A stretch of 64,000 bases of DNA from Amoebophrya sp. A120 (lineage: Eukaryota > Protista > Dinoflagellata). Positions 26,111-38,682 of the stretch are shown piece by piece. The first letter of the stretch is position 1. Each line of letters begins with the position of its first letter. Both the position numbers and the translations under genes were made by a program. The DNA is taken from NCBI GenBank assembly GCA_905178155.1, contig CAJINV010000020.1, positions 1 to 64,000 of the forward strand, given 5' to 3'. The notes under the pieces were generated by a model. It was given only the letters and a program-made list of their open reading frames with translations, did no database searches and was not told where the DNA came from.

Positions 26111-26509
26111 TGCACTAGTACTTGTCACGCGCCGCGCGGTTTTCTTCGACATTGCATTTGCACTCCCGAAGTGTGGACCACATCATTGCTAGACAATTAC
26201 TTTCTTTTCCATTTCCAGTGATAAGTATCTTCATTCTTTGGAACAAAGTTGTTCTTGCGCTGGGGTTTCGTTTTGCATGTGCTAGTTCTTCTGTATTTTC
26301 AAACAGTCGTACATATTCTGTCTGCTTCTCCGTTCGCTAAATGAAATAACCACTCAATTTAGAGTAGAGCAGCATGATCTACCATTTTTTCCATGGTTTG
26401 GTGAAGTGTTCTCTAAAAATCGCAGGTCAGTCGTGAAAAGGATTTTGATTTGTATTTGAAAAAGTAGTCATTGGTATAATTTATCAGATTTGGCAGGTTC
26501 TTCACAATG

Positions 26510-27065
26510 AGGAGATGGATGAGCTTTATTCTCAGGAGGTGTCTATCGATGCAAGAGCTCATCGTGGCGCAGCCTCGTAACGCTAACGCACCAAGCATGT
26601 CCTTGAATTGTTGTTGTTCATTTACATTTTTTTGTTTCATTTATCATTTAGCTGTCGCAAGAATGCCCAGCAACGAGTACTTATCCATCCGACCAGACCA
26701 CTGATAGACAGACCGTACAACTGGAAGAACGATGCGGCTATCGCAGGAACGAGCCTACGAACGAGATGGTGCTCCATCAGCGCGTCCTGGTGTCCAACCA
26801 AGTTTTTTTTTCACAGTTCTTTCACCGTGCAGGAACTTTGGTTGTATCTATGTCTCTCAGTATCATCTACATCTTCTCCGTGAACAACAAGGTCGTCCCT
26901 CACACCGACACCTCCACCTGTGCCAGACTGCGGTGCCCGCGCGCGTTTCTCGGAATGGCCTTGGCCTTCGGTTGTGGACTGTGGGACCGGCTTCGCTGGT
27001 TCTTCGGCGTGCTCGAGGCGGAACCGCTGGACGAGCTACTACTGGCGGATGACGTCCCTTGTTGA
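26510..27065 (+). CDS. Possible small multi-exon membrane protein
   Basis: Hydrophobic segment GTLVVSMSLSIIYIFSV follows a CAG acceptor-like site; exon structure unresolved. Confidence 0.25.
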
Positions 27066-28439
27066 CTCTGGTACTCCTTCACCGGACTGCTTATGCAGAA
27101 ATGCAAATGGTGCGACACCAATACGGTTTGTGGCCAGGGAATCGTAAAAATCGAGTGAGAAAGACCAAGTAAAAGAAGTCAAAATGCAAGGAACAATTAT
27201 GCGCCCCTTCACATGCAGGTAGTTGAGTGATGGAGTCATGATGTGTTTCTTTCTTCACTTGTAAAGTATGTCTACTTGGTGATCATGAACTGGATTTTTT
27301 ATTCATGTTTTCTAAATCACATCAATAAACGTCTCTTACTTCCCTAACCTCCGGCCTGCGTCGAAAGTTGCATATCGTACTGCTGGACCTGGACCGGCTG
27401 GGACTACTCGGCACATCCGGGTGATGCTGCGCAACATATCACGGGTGAAAAAAAAACGTGCTTAAAAATCATCGTAAAGTTGTACTATGCAAATCCAAAT
27501 TCCTCTTACCAGCTACCCGAGTGCGAGTACTTACCGTACCCGCCCCAGCCCGAACATCACAAACTAACAACGAGAAAACTAACAATCTGTTTCGTCGTAC
27601 GACTACGTACGCTCCACACATCGTGCAAGAAACGCGCATACATCGTTGAGGGGCGGAATCGAAGGAGCTGCTCTCGCGTACCTACCGTACCTACTTATAT
27701 ATCAATCTATAGATGCCGCGTCGTATTTATGCTGCTTCTGCTTTGTCTTATTCTTCTACCGGGCCGTCTGCCAAGCAGGTAGTTAAGTTGTAGGCGGAAT
27801 CGCACGGCGGCCGTCTACGCTAGCAATATTTATACGCACGTATATTTTTTCTGCGCGATACGAATGCAGTGGGCTCGATGTCCAGCTCTCCGCGCCGCGG
27901 TCGCTGGCTTCTATACCCTGCTCAGGTCTTGCCATCTCGATACTAGATTGCGAAACAATCATCTTGTGTTGCATCAAGGACGACATCGTGGCAGAACTTG
28001 TATTATGCGAAGGATATACTGCGGAACGAGGAGCCGCAGTGCCTGTCTGTGTCTGTTCGTTGCAATACAAATTCATTTACATTTTCACGCGCAGCTATAC
28101 AAATTATTGTATCAGCAGTTTTTGAGACTGTCAACATGCCTGAGCAAGCCATATTCTCCCAGAACGGATTCCTCGGAAGAGGCAGTGCCAGCAGCTGGGG
28201 GCAGAGCAAAAGGCGATAGCTATGGTATGGAAAAACTTCTACACGACCCAATAGCCAATTTTTACTAGGACTCCGACAATCCACAACGCACCAGGTCACT
28301 CTCCCTTCAACTGGTTCCTTTGCGCATCACAAACTCAGGATCTTCTCTGTGGGGCGTTCAGATGTAGATGTAGATACACATAAAGTAAGACTAGAGTTAT
28401 ATAATGTTGACACGAACCTGGCTGGTCGTGTGAGAGGAT

Positions 28440-30391
28440 GTGTTTTTCTTTTACACCGGATAACATAATATCCTCATCTTCAGCTTCCTCCATTCGCACG
28501 TCCCCGTCAAGGTCCCGCAAAACGGTAGTATCAACATTATTACCCCGGGAACGCAGCAAGAACGGCGCAGCCCTCGTCACTGCGGCCACATCTTCACGAT
28601 GTGTCGTTGCTTCATCCCGACGTCTCTGCTCGTCCTGTATGAACTGCAAAAGTATCGTGTAAGTATCACGCATTGACTCAGCATTACAAATTCAATTTGT
28701 AATGCGGTTCTGCCTTAAGAAAAAGATTTGTAATGCGTAAACGCAAATCGTACGAGTACGATACTTTTGCACTGCATATCCTGTAAATCCGCTATGAAGT
28801 CTTCCACGTGCTGTGAGTCCATCGGCTGCGTTGCATCTTCGTCCTCCTGCTGCCCGACAGAAAAATCATGATCTCCGCCGGCAGTCGATAGGTGGTGATC
28901 GGACAACGGCGCCGGGGGCGGCATGATGTTGATCTCCACGTCTCCCTGCTCGCCGTCCTCCGCACTTTCAGGCCAAAATTCGTGCCACAGCGAAGCGTCG
29001 GGGTCGTGTTGGTGTGCATCAGGATTGTTCGCCGTCCCTGGTGAGGCAGTGGTAGAACCGGAGATGGTGGAACTTATCCTGTGCAAAAGTATCGCACTCG
29101 TATAAATGCAAGTCTTGCATTACAAATCTTGTTCCTAAGGCAAATCTACATTACAAATTTCATTTCTCATGCTGAGAAAATTTGTAATGCATTTATACGA
29201 GTACGATACTTTTGCAATGCATAGAACTGGTAGTGCTACTGTGTGGCTGCTGGTCCACGCCTGGTTGATGAGGATGTTCCCCTTGCCCCGTCGTGATGAT
29301 CCGTCCTTGGGCGTCCCTGGGGCGGGCGGGAATCACTTGCGGCTGTTGCTGTCCAGCTGGGGGATGTTGATGTGACAGGGAAGAAAAACAAGTGTCAGTC
29401 TACTGTATGTTCTATTTATATGTTCTCAGTCGTACTTGTTCTTCGGACGCTCATTCTAAAAATCTTCGAGTCATGCTCGTGCATCAGATTCTGAATCAGT
29501 AGATACAGATAGACATCGAACAAGCAAGTTTTCCTGTATGAAAATCGCAGCACAGACACCCATTTATTTCCACTGTCGTAAACGTTCTTGTTGTTGCTCC
29601 GGTCCGATGCGGCGCCGTTCTTGTTCGCGCTCCTGCTGCATATCGCATGAATAAACTGTTTCACTGTGAACTTGTGATGCAGAAAATGGAACAATGAACA
29701 ATGAAAATGGAGCACAGAGCTATTTGGTTTGCTACACCTGCAAGATACTGGATTTTCAAACGTGTTTTACCTTGGGAAGCGCGCATGACAAATTGTTAGT
29801 GTCGCGTGTATAAAAACATGTAATGCAGATCTTGAAAAATCATCGCAGTGAAACAGATTTTTCGTGGGATACTGCAGCTGCCGATTGTATTCTTCCTCTT
29901 CATCTGATTCTCCACCATACTGGGCAGCCTCGATTCGGCATCACGGTGAAAAGGAGGTAGCACGTCCTATTCCTAAGTAACACTCACATTTCTTTTTTGA
30001 GATGCATTTGCATTGCAAACTGAAAATCGCAGGGAATAACTCTGTTGAACTAAGTAAGCCTCAGCGGGTTGAAGATGCTGCATCAAAATGCAATGAAATG
30101 TAACATGCGCAACATCTCCAGAGATGTCCCTTTCTCTTTTTCCATTCCCTCGCCGACATTTGGAAATGCATTGCATGAATTGCAATACCAAAATGTGGTC
30201 CGGTCGAAGCCGTATGCTAGCCTTCTTGTTCGTCGTATCAGCCAGTCAATGCGCTGGTTCTTTTCTTTTTTCTGCTTGTTGGTTTTTGTTGGCATGTTGT
30301 AGATGCGGTCCAGCTCTTTTCGGAAGCGAGCCTCGCGGTCACGGAACCCAAACATCTCCTGAAAATGATTTATGTTTATTTTTGCATTCAA
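28440..30391 (-). CDS. Hypothetical multi-exon protein (acidic, low complexity); ends unresolved
   Basis: ORF pieces join in frame after removing introners 29075-29223 (..TSS|TISG..) and 28638-28778 (..LQD|EQRRR..). Confidence 0.45.
28638..28778. mobile_element. Introner, TGCAAAAGTATCG family
   Basis: TAT....TGCAAAAGTATCGT / ACGATACTTTTGCA....ATA; target duplication TCCTG. Confidence 0.9.
29075..29223. mobile_element. Introner, TGCAAAAGTATCG family
   Basis: Same TIR; target duplication GAACT. Confidence 0.9.
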
Positions 30392-30837
30392 TCATTTAGT
30401 CGTACATAGTCTTCGTTCTTCTATTATCGGTTACACTTACCCAGCACTATAAGTACAACATATTCAAACTCTTTCACTCGCTCCTATGGCCGCCCTACTG
30501 CTGCTAAGCGTGGAGAGCAGGATGTCTGTGGTCCAAAAGCAGACGCAAACTCTATTTGAAGTGCAAGTCCACCATAAGGAAAGTTTCGTACCGCGATGAC
30601 ACCCAGGCCAATATCCTGGTCAAGTCGCTCCGGAAGCTGCATGACCTCCACCAAGTAGCTCTTGATCGGGTATGAAACGGAAAGAAAACTGCGTGCTAGC
30701 AAAACTTCAGCGAGCAAGACAAGACGAGCAGTACAACTGAATCATACCCAAAGAAAATCGTGCCAAAACAAAAAGTAACTACATTCGTACAACCCCCGCT
30801 CAACATTCGGAGCATGATATGAAAGTTCTATTCTTCT

Positions 30838-33800
30838 TCAAAGCACACGAATAACTCTTCTTCGCAGACTTCCTTCATCTGGCCGCTTGTTCAAGTACTT
30901 ACACACCGCAGTAGTTTTCCTTTTTCGTATCCGTTCGGGCCACTGGACGATCATATCTTCCGCTTTCATGGCCATGGGCTCGTCAAAGGACTGTAATTTG
31001 CGGCGATCGATCTCCGTGAGTTCCGCCGTGCCCTCTTCCGGATACTGCAGCTTTTGCACGTAAACGTTGCGCAGGTGCTTATGCACGTAATCCACTAACT
31101 GATCCGCATCCGGCTCGTCGATGTACTATGACAGTGCACAACCTCCCCTCCCCGACTCATTTTGTACACTTCTATTTCATGAACCGCAATACAAATACCC
31201 GCACATGTGGAGCCTGTGCATGACAAAATCATGATGCGCGTCATGTAGTACTGTTTGGGCTTCCGGAATCTGTCATGCAAACAGTGCCACGAGGCAGTTG
31301 CAGCGCTGGTTCGGATTTCGTTTTCGATTTGGTTTTTTGCAATACAAATAAGGGGACGAGGGGGGAGTTGTGCGCTCCGATACACACTCCTGCTCCTCTA
31401 CGAGCTCTTCCTGAGTCGGATCACTGTGGTCGTCGGAGAAATAAAAGAGCATGAAAATTCTGCCGATATTACAAGCGTTTTCTCGATTGATGAAGAAGCA
31501 ACGCGCCGCACTAGTACAGTACATACGCATCGTGCCTAAAAAACTGCTCGAAGATTCCCAACTTGAAGATCGGTTTTACTCGGAAAAACTAAAGGTCGTG
31601 ATCGGTAAAAAAAACTCAAGAGCGACAGCCCCAACGCAGTGAAAAATACCTGATCAAGAAGCAGTCCCCGCTGGAAGCCGTGGCACTGCAGGTCGAGCCG
31701 GTAGAACTGCTGCTCAGCGTCCGTTTGCGCCGACCCGTGGAGGAACCTGTTCCGTCCGTGCCCGTCTCGTCTTCGCAGTTGGATGCTGTTCCACTGCCCT
31801 TGCTAGTACCGCAGGTCGTATGAAATGCAAAAATGTCTGGGTCTGGAAGAGTCGGGACCGGACTTGTCACGCACATTTTGCATGACCCGTCAGGTCTGTG
31901 ATGCTGGTGCTAGCATGACAGATTTTTTGAGAGCTTCTCGATGCTAGAACGCATGAGAAAAAAAGTGCTGCTCACTCTCCGCGTGCCAAGAACTGACTCC
32001 TCTTGCTGCTTATGCAACACAGATATTTTTAGAATCCGGAGACAGCATTAGAAAGTTGCATTCTTCCAGACCTAGACATTTTTGCACTTGATAGGACGTG
32101 CCGAAGAGCAGCGAGCGCACGCCCTCGTCGCAACACGACATCAGTATCAAAAGAAAAAAGTTCGTCACGATCACTCATGGGCATTTTTGCAATACAAAAT
32201 TGTTTGTCATCCGTAAAAATGCATCACAGCCTAACTTTATTAGGGATTTCCCTAGTGTTTCTGCAATACAAGGAAAGTCTGCGACGCTGAAAAAATTTGT
32301 AATGCAAAGCCTGCAAGTTAGTGACTGTGACAAACTTTTTTCTCTCCATAATCAGGCCGCTAGTTGTACTGGAAGTCTTGCCGGTCAAGCGGCGACTCTT
32401 GCGGGAATTGGACGACGAGCCACCTTGTTGTTGCGATCCGGATTCTTGCGAGGAGGGGAAGTTATCTTCGAGGTCCTGCTCTCCTGACATTTCCGCCGTG
32501 GTCCCGCCCCGCTGGCCTGCTCTACTGCCCTTGGACGACCGAAACGGGCGGAGCGCCGTGTTGGAGACTTGATGTTTCTTGGAGGGATTGTAGGGGAGGT
32601 CTGCAGCAGCGCGAGCCGCGGTGCTGTTTTTCGGCGAGGCGTTGCTTGAAGTGTGGTTGTTGTAGGAACCACTGCCACGAGGACCCCCGCCGCTGCGCGA
32701 GGGAAGATGCTGTAAGTTGTGACCTCGATCTTCTTCCTGCGGCAGTTTCACGCGCCGCAGCTTGGCCGCGCTCTTCGACCACGCCAGAATCTGACTCTTT
32801 TCGGAACCAACTGTGCTACTTCTTGCAGGTCCGGCCTCCTGTATCGCTTTAATATTTGCGGCCGCAGCGGCTTCCGCTGCGAGTTGGGCTAGCCGCCGCC
32901 TTTCCGCCAACTGCCGGGCTCGCTCTGCTCTCCGCTCGGCTCGCTTCTCGCGCTCCTTGTCCACCTCTTCCTCCAACATTTTGCGCACCTTGTCCTCGAG
33001 ATCGTGAAAAAAGAGCCGCGCCCGGAGTGCCACCGTTTGCCGGTGCGCTTCGGTGAGCTCGTCGGGTGAAAAGTGATTGCCAAGCCCTTCGGAATCGCTC
33101 TCGCGTTGGTGCTTCGCGCACACGTGCGCGGACACATGCTCCACGCGGGGGTCCGTGGTGCCCTTCCAGTCGCACAGAGCGCAAAATTTGTTCATGCAGT
33201 GGATGTTCGTGCACGTCAGACTCGCGCACGCCTGCGGAAGCGAGTCTCGGACCTAGAGGACGGGGGATAGGAAAAGTTTCAATGGTACTCGGCGAGATGA
33301 GTTCTACGTAAAGGATCAATTTCAATGAAGAACAAGAAGGCAAAAGCATGAATGCATTCTGAAGATCATACACAAAGACAACAACAATCTCCCGCACATC
33401 AACTCGGTCGCAATACAACTGTTGTGGTCACCGACACCGAGCAGTGTTTTGAATTTTTTACCCTGTTGGAAACAACAATCAACAAGTTCAAATCGTAGTA
33501 CTACAGGTAGTACTCTACATCAAGTCGTACTCGTACCTGCAAACACCTCGGGCAGCGGGCTTCCGTCAATCCCACGAGCTGCTCCTCAAACGTGTCCCGA
33601 ATCCGGTCGGTGACGCACTTCGCCTCAAGCTGCTTTTTCTTGTTTTCCTTCTCCTTCTCCACGGACTCCCGTCCGTCCACAAATTTCTGCAGCACCGTCC
33701 CCACCTGCCGTCCCGCGACGCCCGCATTCTCGAGGAACGCGGGGGAAATCTGGAAGCGGCAAAGCTGGTCGAAGGTCTTCCCCTTCGAACCGTGGCCACA

Positions 33801-34904
33801 GGGGCAAAGAATGGAGCCGAAGAGCTGCGGCTTGGATTTTTTACTCGTAGTTGTACCGGCGTTCACAAGTATTTTGCTCTTCTCACTAATATCGGTCGTT
33901 TCTGAAGCATGGCGCGTTTGCGAGCTTGTCCTCCCGGAAGACCTTCTATGCCGCTCACCGACCACGGGTGGAGGGGGAGGGGGCGGCACTACCATTCCGT
34001 CGTCCAAGGTCGTGGAACCCGAGCCTTGTAACCCGCCAACTATAACCGCCGGAGCTGTAATCGCCTGGGCGTCCACCACGTGCGTGGCGCAGAGCTCGTC
34101 CGCCTTGGCCAGCGTGCACCACCCGTGCGCAATGCAGTCGGTGCAGATCGCGTGGCCCTCGTTGCACACCAGTCCGCTGTATTCGTCTTCCCCCTCCACG
34201 AGCTCCGCGTCGACGTCGCAGGCTTTACACGCGAAGCACGTCTTCGTGCCGGAAGATGCGGCCGCCGCAGCCGCTGCGGTCACGGTCGCGGAGGGGCCTC
34301 TAGCAGCTGCGGAGGAAGACGAGGACGTGCTTGCTGTGGTCGTGGAGGAGCTACTAGCAGAAGCTGCAGCTCCACGTGGTGCACCGGAAGATGACCCTCC
34401 TGGCCGGGCGGCGGAAAGCAGGAGTTTTGTACCGGTAGCTACTTCGAGGAACAAGGCAGTGGACAGAAAGAAGCTGGAAGTTCTCGACGTTGCGAGCTGC
34501 ACAAAAGAGCTTCGATTTCTGGCCAAGAACCTTCTTCTCGACGTAGATGTGGAACAAGAACTGCCGGAGGTTGAATTATCTCGTCCAGGACCTCCGCAGT
34601 AGAGCGTTCTTCTCCTTGATTTGACGTTGCAATTACTTCGCGACGCAGCGGACGCGGTGGCGACGCGGAGAGCCCCATTCGACACATGGACATGATGTTC
34701 TTGTGTAGCAGGGTTTAATGGCGCAGTACCTCCATTATTGTGGTTCGTTAATTTGATTTCGTTTTTCTCGAAACCAAGGTGTATAACTTCGGCGCCCATT
34801 TTCATGCCGGTTGCTGTGCAACACACAGTGCTGATTTCTTCAGACAATGGTCCGAAAGAAGAGCCGCTGCTTCGTCCCAACTCGATGATGGATTTCGGTA
34901 TCAA
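30838..34904 (-). CDS. RING- and IBR/RING2-like zinc-finger protein (RBR E3-ligase-like); multi-exon, 3' end uncertain
   Basis: CKAC..CNEGHAICTDC..CPC; GT-AG intron 33253-33536 joins CPRCLQ to VRDSLPQACASLTCTNIHCMNKFCALC..H..C; frame continues across introners 32145-32350, 31819-32093 and 31127-31382. Confidence 0.6.
31127..31382. mobile_element. Introner, GTGCACAAC(T)CCCCTCCCC family, degenerate target duplication
   Basis: TATGACAGTGCACAACCTCCCCTCCCC / GGGGACGAGGGGGAGTTGTGCGCTCCGATA; removal of element +5 nt gives an in-frame join. Confidence 0.7.
31819..32093. mobile_element. Introner, GTCTGGGTCTGGAAGA family
   Basis: ~30-bp TIR; target duplication GGTCG/GGACG. Confidence 0.85.
32145..32350. 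mobile_element. Introner (AGAAAAAAGTT.GTCAC TIR)
   Basis: TAT...ATA ends; target duplication ATCAG; in-frame join GLM|SCC. Confidence 0.85.
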
Positions 34905-35303
34905 GGACCGCCTGTCCCTTCGGTCGTGGTGTTGGTGGTTGTAATTGTCGTGGTTTCTTTCTTTATTTCGTTTCCATTTCTACCGGGCGCTTTGAATATT
35001 TTCGTGTCGCTTATTTTCACAGACGCGGTTAGTACTCTACCGGGTGCGAAGATCAGCGTGTCGCGGTCGGGTGAAAGAATTTCCTCACCGATTCATTGAA
35101 ATCACTAATGCAGCAAAATTTCTTTTTTGCACAGAGGTTGTATCAAAACAGTGTATCGAAACGCACAGGAAACGCGAGATTATCAACATGCAGCAGTTCG
35201 TTGTAGTTGTTTGTACACAGCGGATGCAGGAGCGAAAAACAAATCGAAATCATGGAAAAAGCAGCTAATATTGCAGCGAAGAATTGCAAAGCCAACGGAC
35301 GCG

Positions 35304-37323
35304 GCACCTACTAATTTTTTTCCAAAAATAATAGGATCGGACGTTGGTGTATGAGGATAACTTGGCGCAGAACTTGGCCCAGAACTTGTCGCCCAACTCG
35401 TGTGTCCCAGAACTTGTCTCAGAACTTGTCTCGGAACTTGTTCAGGAACTTGCCAAGCCGGTTTTCGTGGGCCGGAAAAAAGAAGGGGAAAAAACGGCCG
35501 TGCCGTCGTGCTACGGGACAAAAAGGTTGGCCAAAAAAGGGCACGAAATCAAGTTCCTGGCAAGTTCCTGGCAAGTTCTGAGACAAGTTCTGGAACAAGT
35601 TCTGAGACAAGTTCTGAGACAAGTTCTGGAACAAGTTCTGGAACAAGTTCTGGAACAAGTTCTGGATCAAGTTCTGGCGCATGAGAGCCGTTGCCGGCTT
35701 TCTTGGGTAATAGAGCCCCAGGACGCAACCACGGCGCCTCATCTACAACCGCCCAAACCGAGCTGGGCAGCTGGAAGCTACCCTACTCCGGTGGCCCTCT
35801 GGCACGCCTGTGAAGTCGTTAGCCACCCTGTCCGGCCTTCACTCCCGGGCCTAGCACACTGCGCCCGAAGCTGCGAAAACGACCAAACGTCGCATCTCCG
35901 TCGTGGCTAACTTTACTCACGATGGCTCCATCGGCAGTCCAAAAGCAGGACTCTGTACCCTGGTTAGGCCGGCAAGCAACAAGGCAAACAAGCAGAGCGC
36001 CATCGTGTAACGTACGTTACACGATGGCGCTGCAGCAACTTCTTTGCGAAGTGCATGTGGCCAACGAAATGCCGAGGAAACCAAAGGCGCAAGCGGACGG
36101 CCCCGGCAGCCTGCCTTCAAGACTTGGCGCTGGCAACTACCGATGAGGAAGGGCGCGCGGCGCGGACACACAGCGACCCCTCCGGCGCAAAATGGCGCGC
36201 CGCCTATGTAGCAGTCGCAGGCGTAGCGGGAAGTCTCAACGCGAAAGCCCGCCTCACTTTCGCGGAGAGTGCTGCATCATCGGGATCATCATCATATTTG
36301 AAAGACCGCCGGCAGGCTCTAATATTCTAGACAAGAAACACGCGCAGCCGAGTTCTCCGCAAGTTCTGCACGCGTTCGGCAACCCGGACCCTACGACCCC
36401 CGCTTTCGGAGTAACTACTAATTTTTTTCCAAAAATAATAGGATCGGACGTTGGTGTATGAGGATCCGGTCAGACGATGGGTGTGACGCGTGGCGCGCAA
36501 CGAACGAACTCGCACGACCAAATAATCCCACACCCCCTGGCCCGCCCCAACAGCCAAGGGAATTTGCAGTGCTGCCGACCCATTGCACCTACCCAAGTAA
36601 TCGGCCGTGGGCGACAAGAGCTTGGCGCGCATTCCCTCCGCTGCAACGAAGCTAGCAGGTGGAGCCAACACAGATGCACCACGGGCGCCGCGCGCGCCGC
36701 CGTTACAAAACCAAAGTCAAGGATAGCTTAGCTGCGGGCGAGACCTTTCGCAAAAGTTGCGCGCCCCGGGCTGGCGACGCAGGCACGACGGGAATAACAC
36801 ACGCTGCGGGGCTGACGGCTCTGTTGCGGGGCTTCAAGTGGCGCATGAGCATGCGGCGCATCTGCTAGCCACCATCCAGGAAATACCCTACACAGAGACA
36901 CTGTGCGGGGCCGCGCGGCTAGGGCCTTTTTCCGGGCTAGGCGCGCCCTACCACAGTTACATTGCAGTTGCGCGGGCTCTGGGAGAGCGCAGGCGAAACG
37001 CCCGCCATAGCTTCAAAACCCTTGAAAGTGGCTGCTTTTTTACGACTGCCCGCAAGCGCCTTTTGCGATTGATTTTGCGCTCAGTAGCGAACTCCCGATG
37101 GTTCCGCAACTGCATTGTGTCCGTGCATAGCACCTACTAATTTTTTTCCAAAAATAATAGGATCGGACGTTGGTGATCCGATCAAAACGACTGGCGCTTC
37201 GAACTAAAATCTTTCCCGAGGCGAGGCCAGGCCGAGTCTGTGGCCGGCGATCTCTTGCAGGAGAGACGTTGGTTTTTTTCCAAAAATAATAGGATCGGAC
37301 GTTGGTGATCCGATCAAAACGAC
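35304..37323. repeat. Array of four ~50-60 bp direct repeats (core TTTTTTTCCAAAAATAATAGGATCGGACGTTGGTG) separated by unrelated segments
   Basis: Copies at 35304-35358, 36415-36465, 37130-37191, 37273-37323. Confidence 0.9.
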
Positions 37324-37487
37324 AGCGACATCACTTTTGTGATGCACTAAAAAGAACTGCAAATCATGCCTGTGATCGTGAATCGGATTCGGAATCGCAA
37401 GCAAGCGAAGATCACAATTGTATTCCTAATACGCAAGAACCATAGCTATACAAATTATGTGTCACAACTCGTCGATCTAAAAACGAC

Positions 37488-37560
37488 GAGCTATCTGAAA
37501 CCGGAAATCGAAATTCAAATTGATTCAATTTGAATTTCGATTTCCGGTTTCAGATAGCTC
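37488..37560. repeat. Perfect 73-bp palindrome (36-bp arms, 1-nt centre)
   Basis: GAGCTATCTGAAACCGGAAATCGAAATTCAAATTGA-T-reverse complement. Confidence 0.95.
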
Positions 37561-38682
37561 AATTTAATTGAACTTTTCCCTATTTTGATTTCCGGGAAAA
37601 GTTCAATTTAATTGAACTTTTCCCTATAGTGTATGGCGAATAGCTAATACATAGATACGGATCACATCATGTATCACTTACTTCTGAAACGGAGCTAAAA
37701 AACGCGCAAGAAAAAGTCGCTGCAAAAGTACCACTTCTGGGAATTTTTTGTCAATGAACGTGGTACCAAGGAAAACATAAAATCAGTGCTGCCACGACCT
37801 GCCACTGGGGCTACTATCGATTCGGTTTTGGAACACGCTTCTATGTCTAGCTTTGTTCGCAGTAAAAGACGGAGATCTTCTCGTTCGCTTCTCTTCCTCT
37901 TGCTCTTCTCGGCATGGAGGTGCCTATGCCTTCATAGAATCCTATCAAATGAGTCAAGCGCGTTCTTTCAGGAGATTTCAAAACAGTGAATTTTTCTCTA
38001 CTTTGCTGAATGTGTGTGAAACTACATCAACAGCAAGGCAAATTGGACCACGGCTGTAGTCAAGGTAGAAAGATCTTTTGCAAAAATTCTTACAACAAGT
38101 GGATGAGTACGAGCAGCGAGCAGGGAGAGGGACTATCTTGGCACATTATAGAACAACAAAACAAAGTTGCTTTATTCTCGATGTTGTAATGGCTTGGATC
38201 ACAGAAAAGTCAATCTGTCGTCGTAGGAACGCGGAAACATCATCAGCCGAAACTGGAAACTTTACAACCTAGTCGCGCCGCCGCACCACTGTTGCTGCTT
38301 GATGAACTCGAGGAGCCTGCATTACTAGCGCAGCGTGCTGGCTTCACGCGGACACGAGGAGTAAGTTTTCGTTTTGTAGAAATCGAATTCGAAACAGAAG
38401 TTGTGCGGTACAACATGTCACTAAGAATGTGGCAGAGCCGGTGAGAGGCACAGGTGGACCAAGACCAACACGTGAAGCATCTTCACCCTGTACTAGAGGC
38501 GGTCGAGACTGGCAGGATACCACTTCGAACTGGTTCGGGAAAAGTGCGAAGTAGTAGAAGTTCTCACACAATAGCCGGAACATCAGCGGTTCCCTTCCCC
38601 TTCAACCTCTGCATCACTTCTGCACACAGAAATATATCATGATCCCCTGCTCCGCCGATCAACGCCTTTATTTTGATGATCT

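Noticed and set aside
28644-28771. TGCA as the target duplication of the TGCAAAAG family
   Set aside because: Extending 7 bp outward from the TGCAAAAG/CTTTTGCA cores reveals TAT...ATA ends and 5-bp duplications in the family members, matching the other families
33592-34602. 336-aa plus-strand ORF and similar antisense ORFs over myosin, ETF-QO and the kinase gene
   Set aside because: Shadow frames opposite GC3-rich coding exons
35344-35910. 188-aa ORF with repeated QVLE/QVLR peptides
   Set aside because: Translation of a 12-bp tandem DNA repeat, open in several frames
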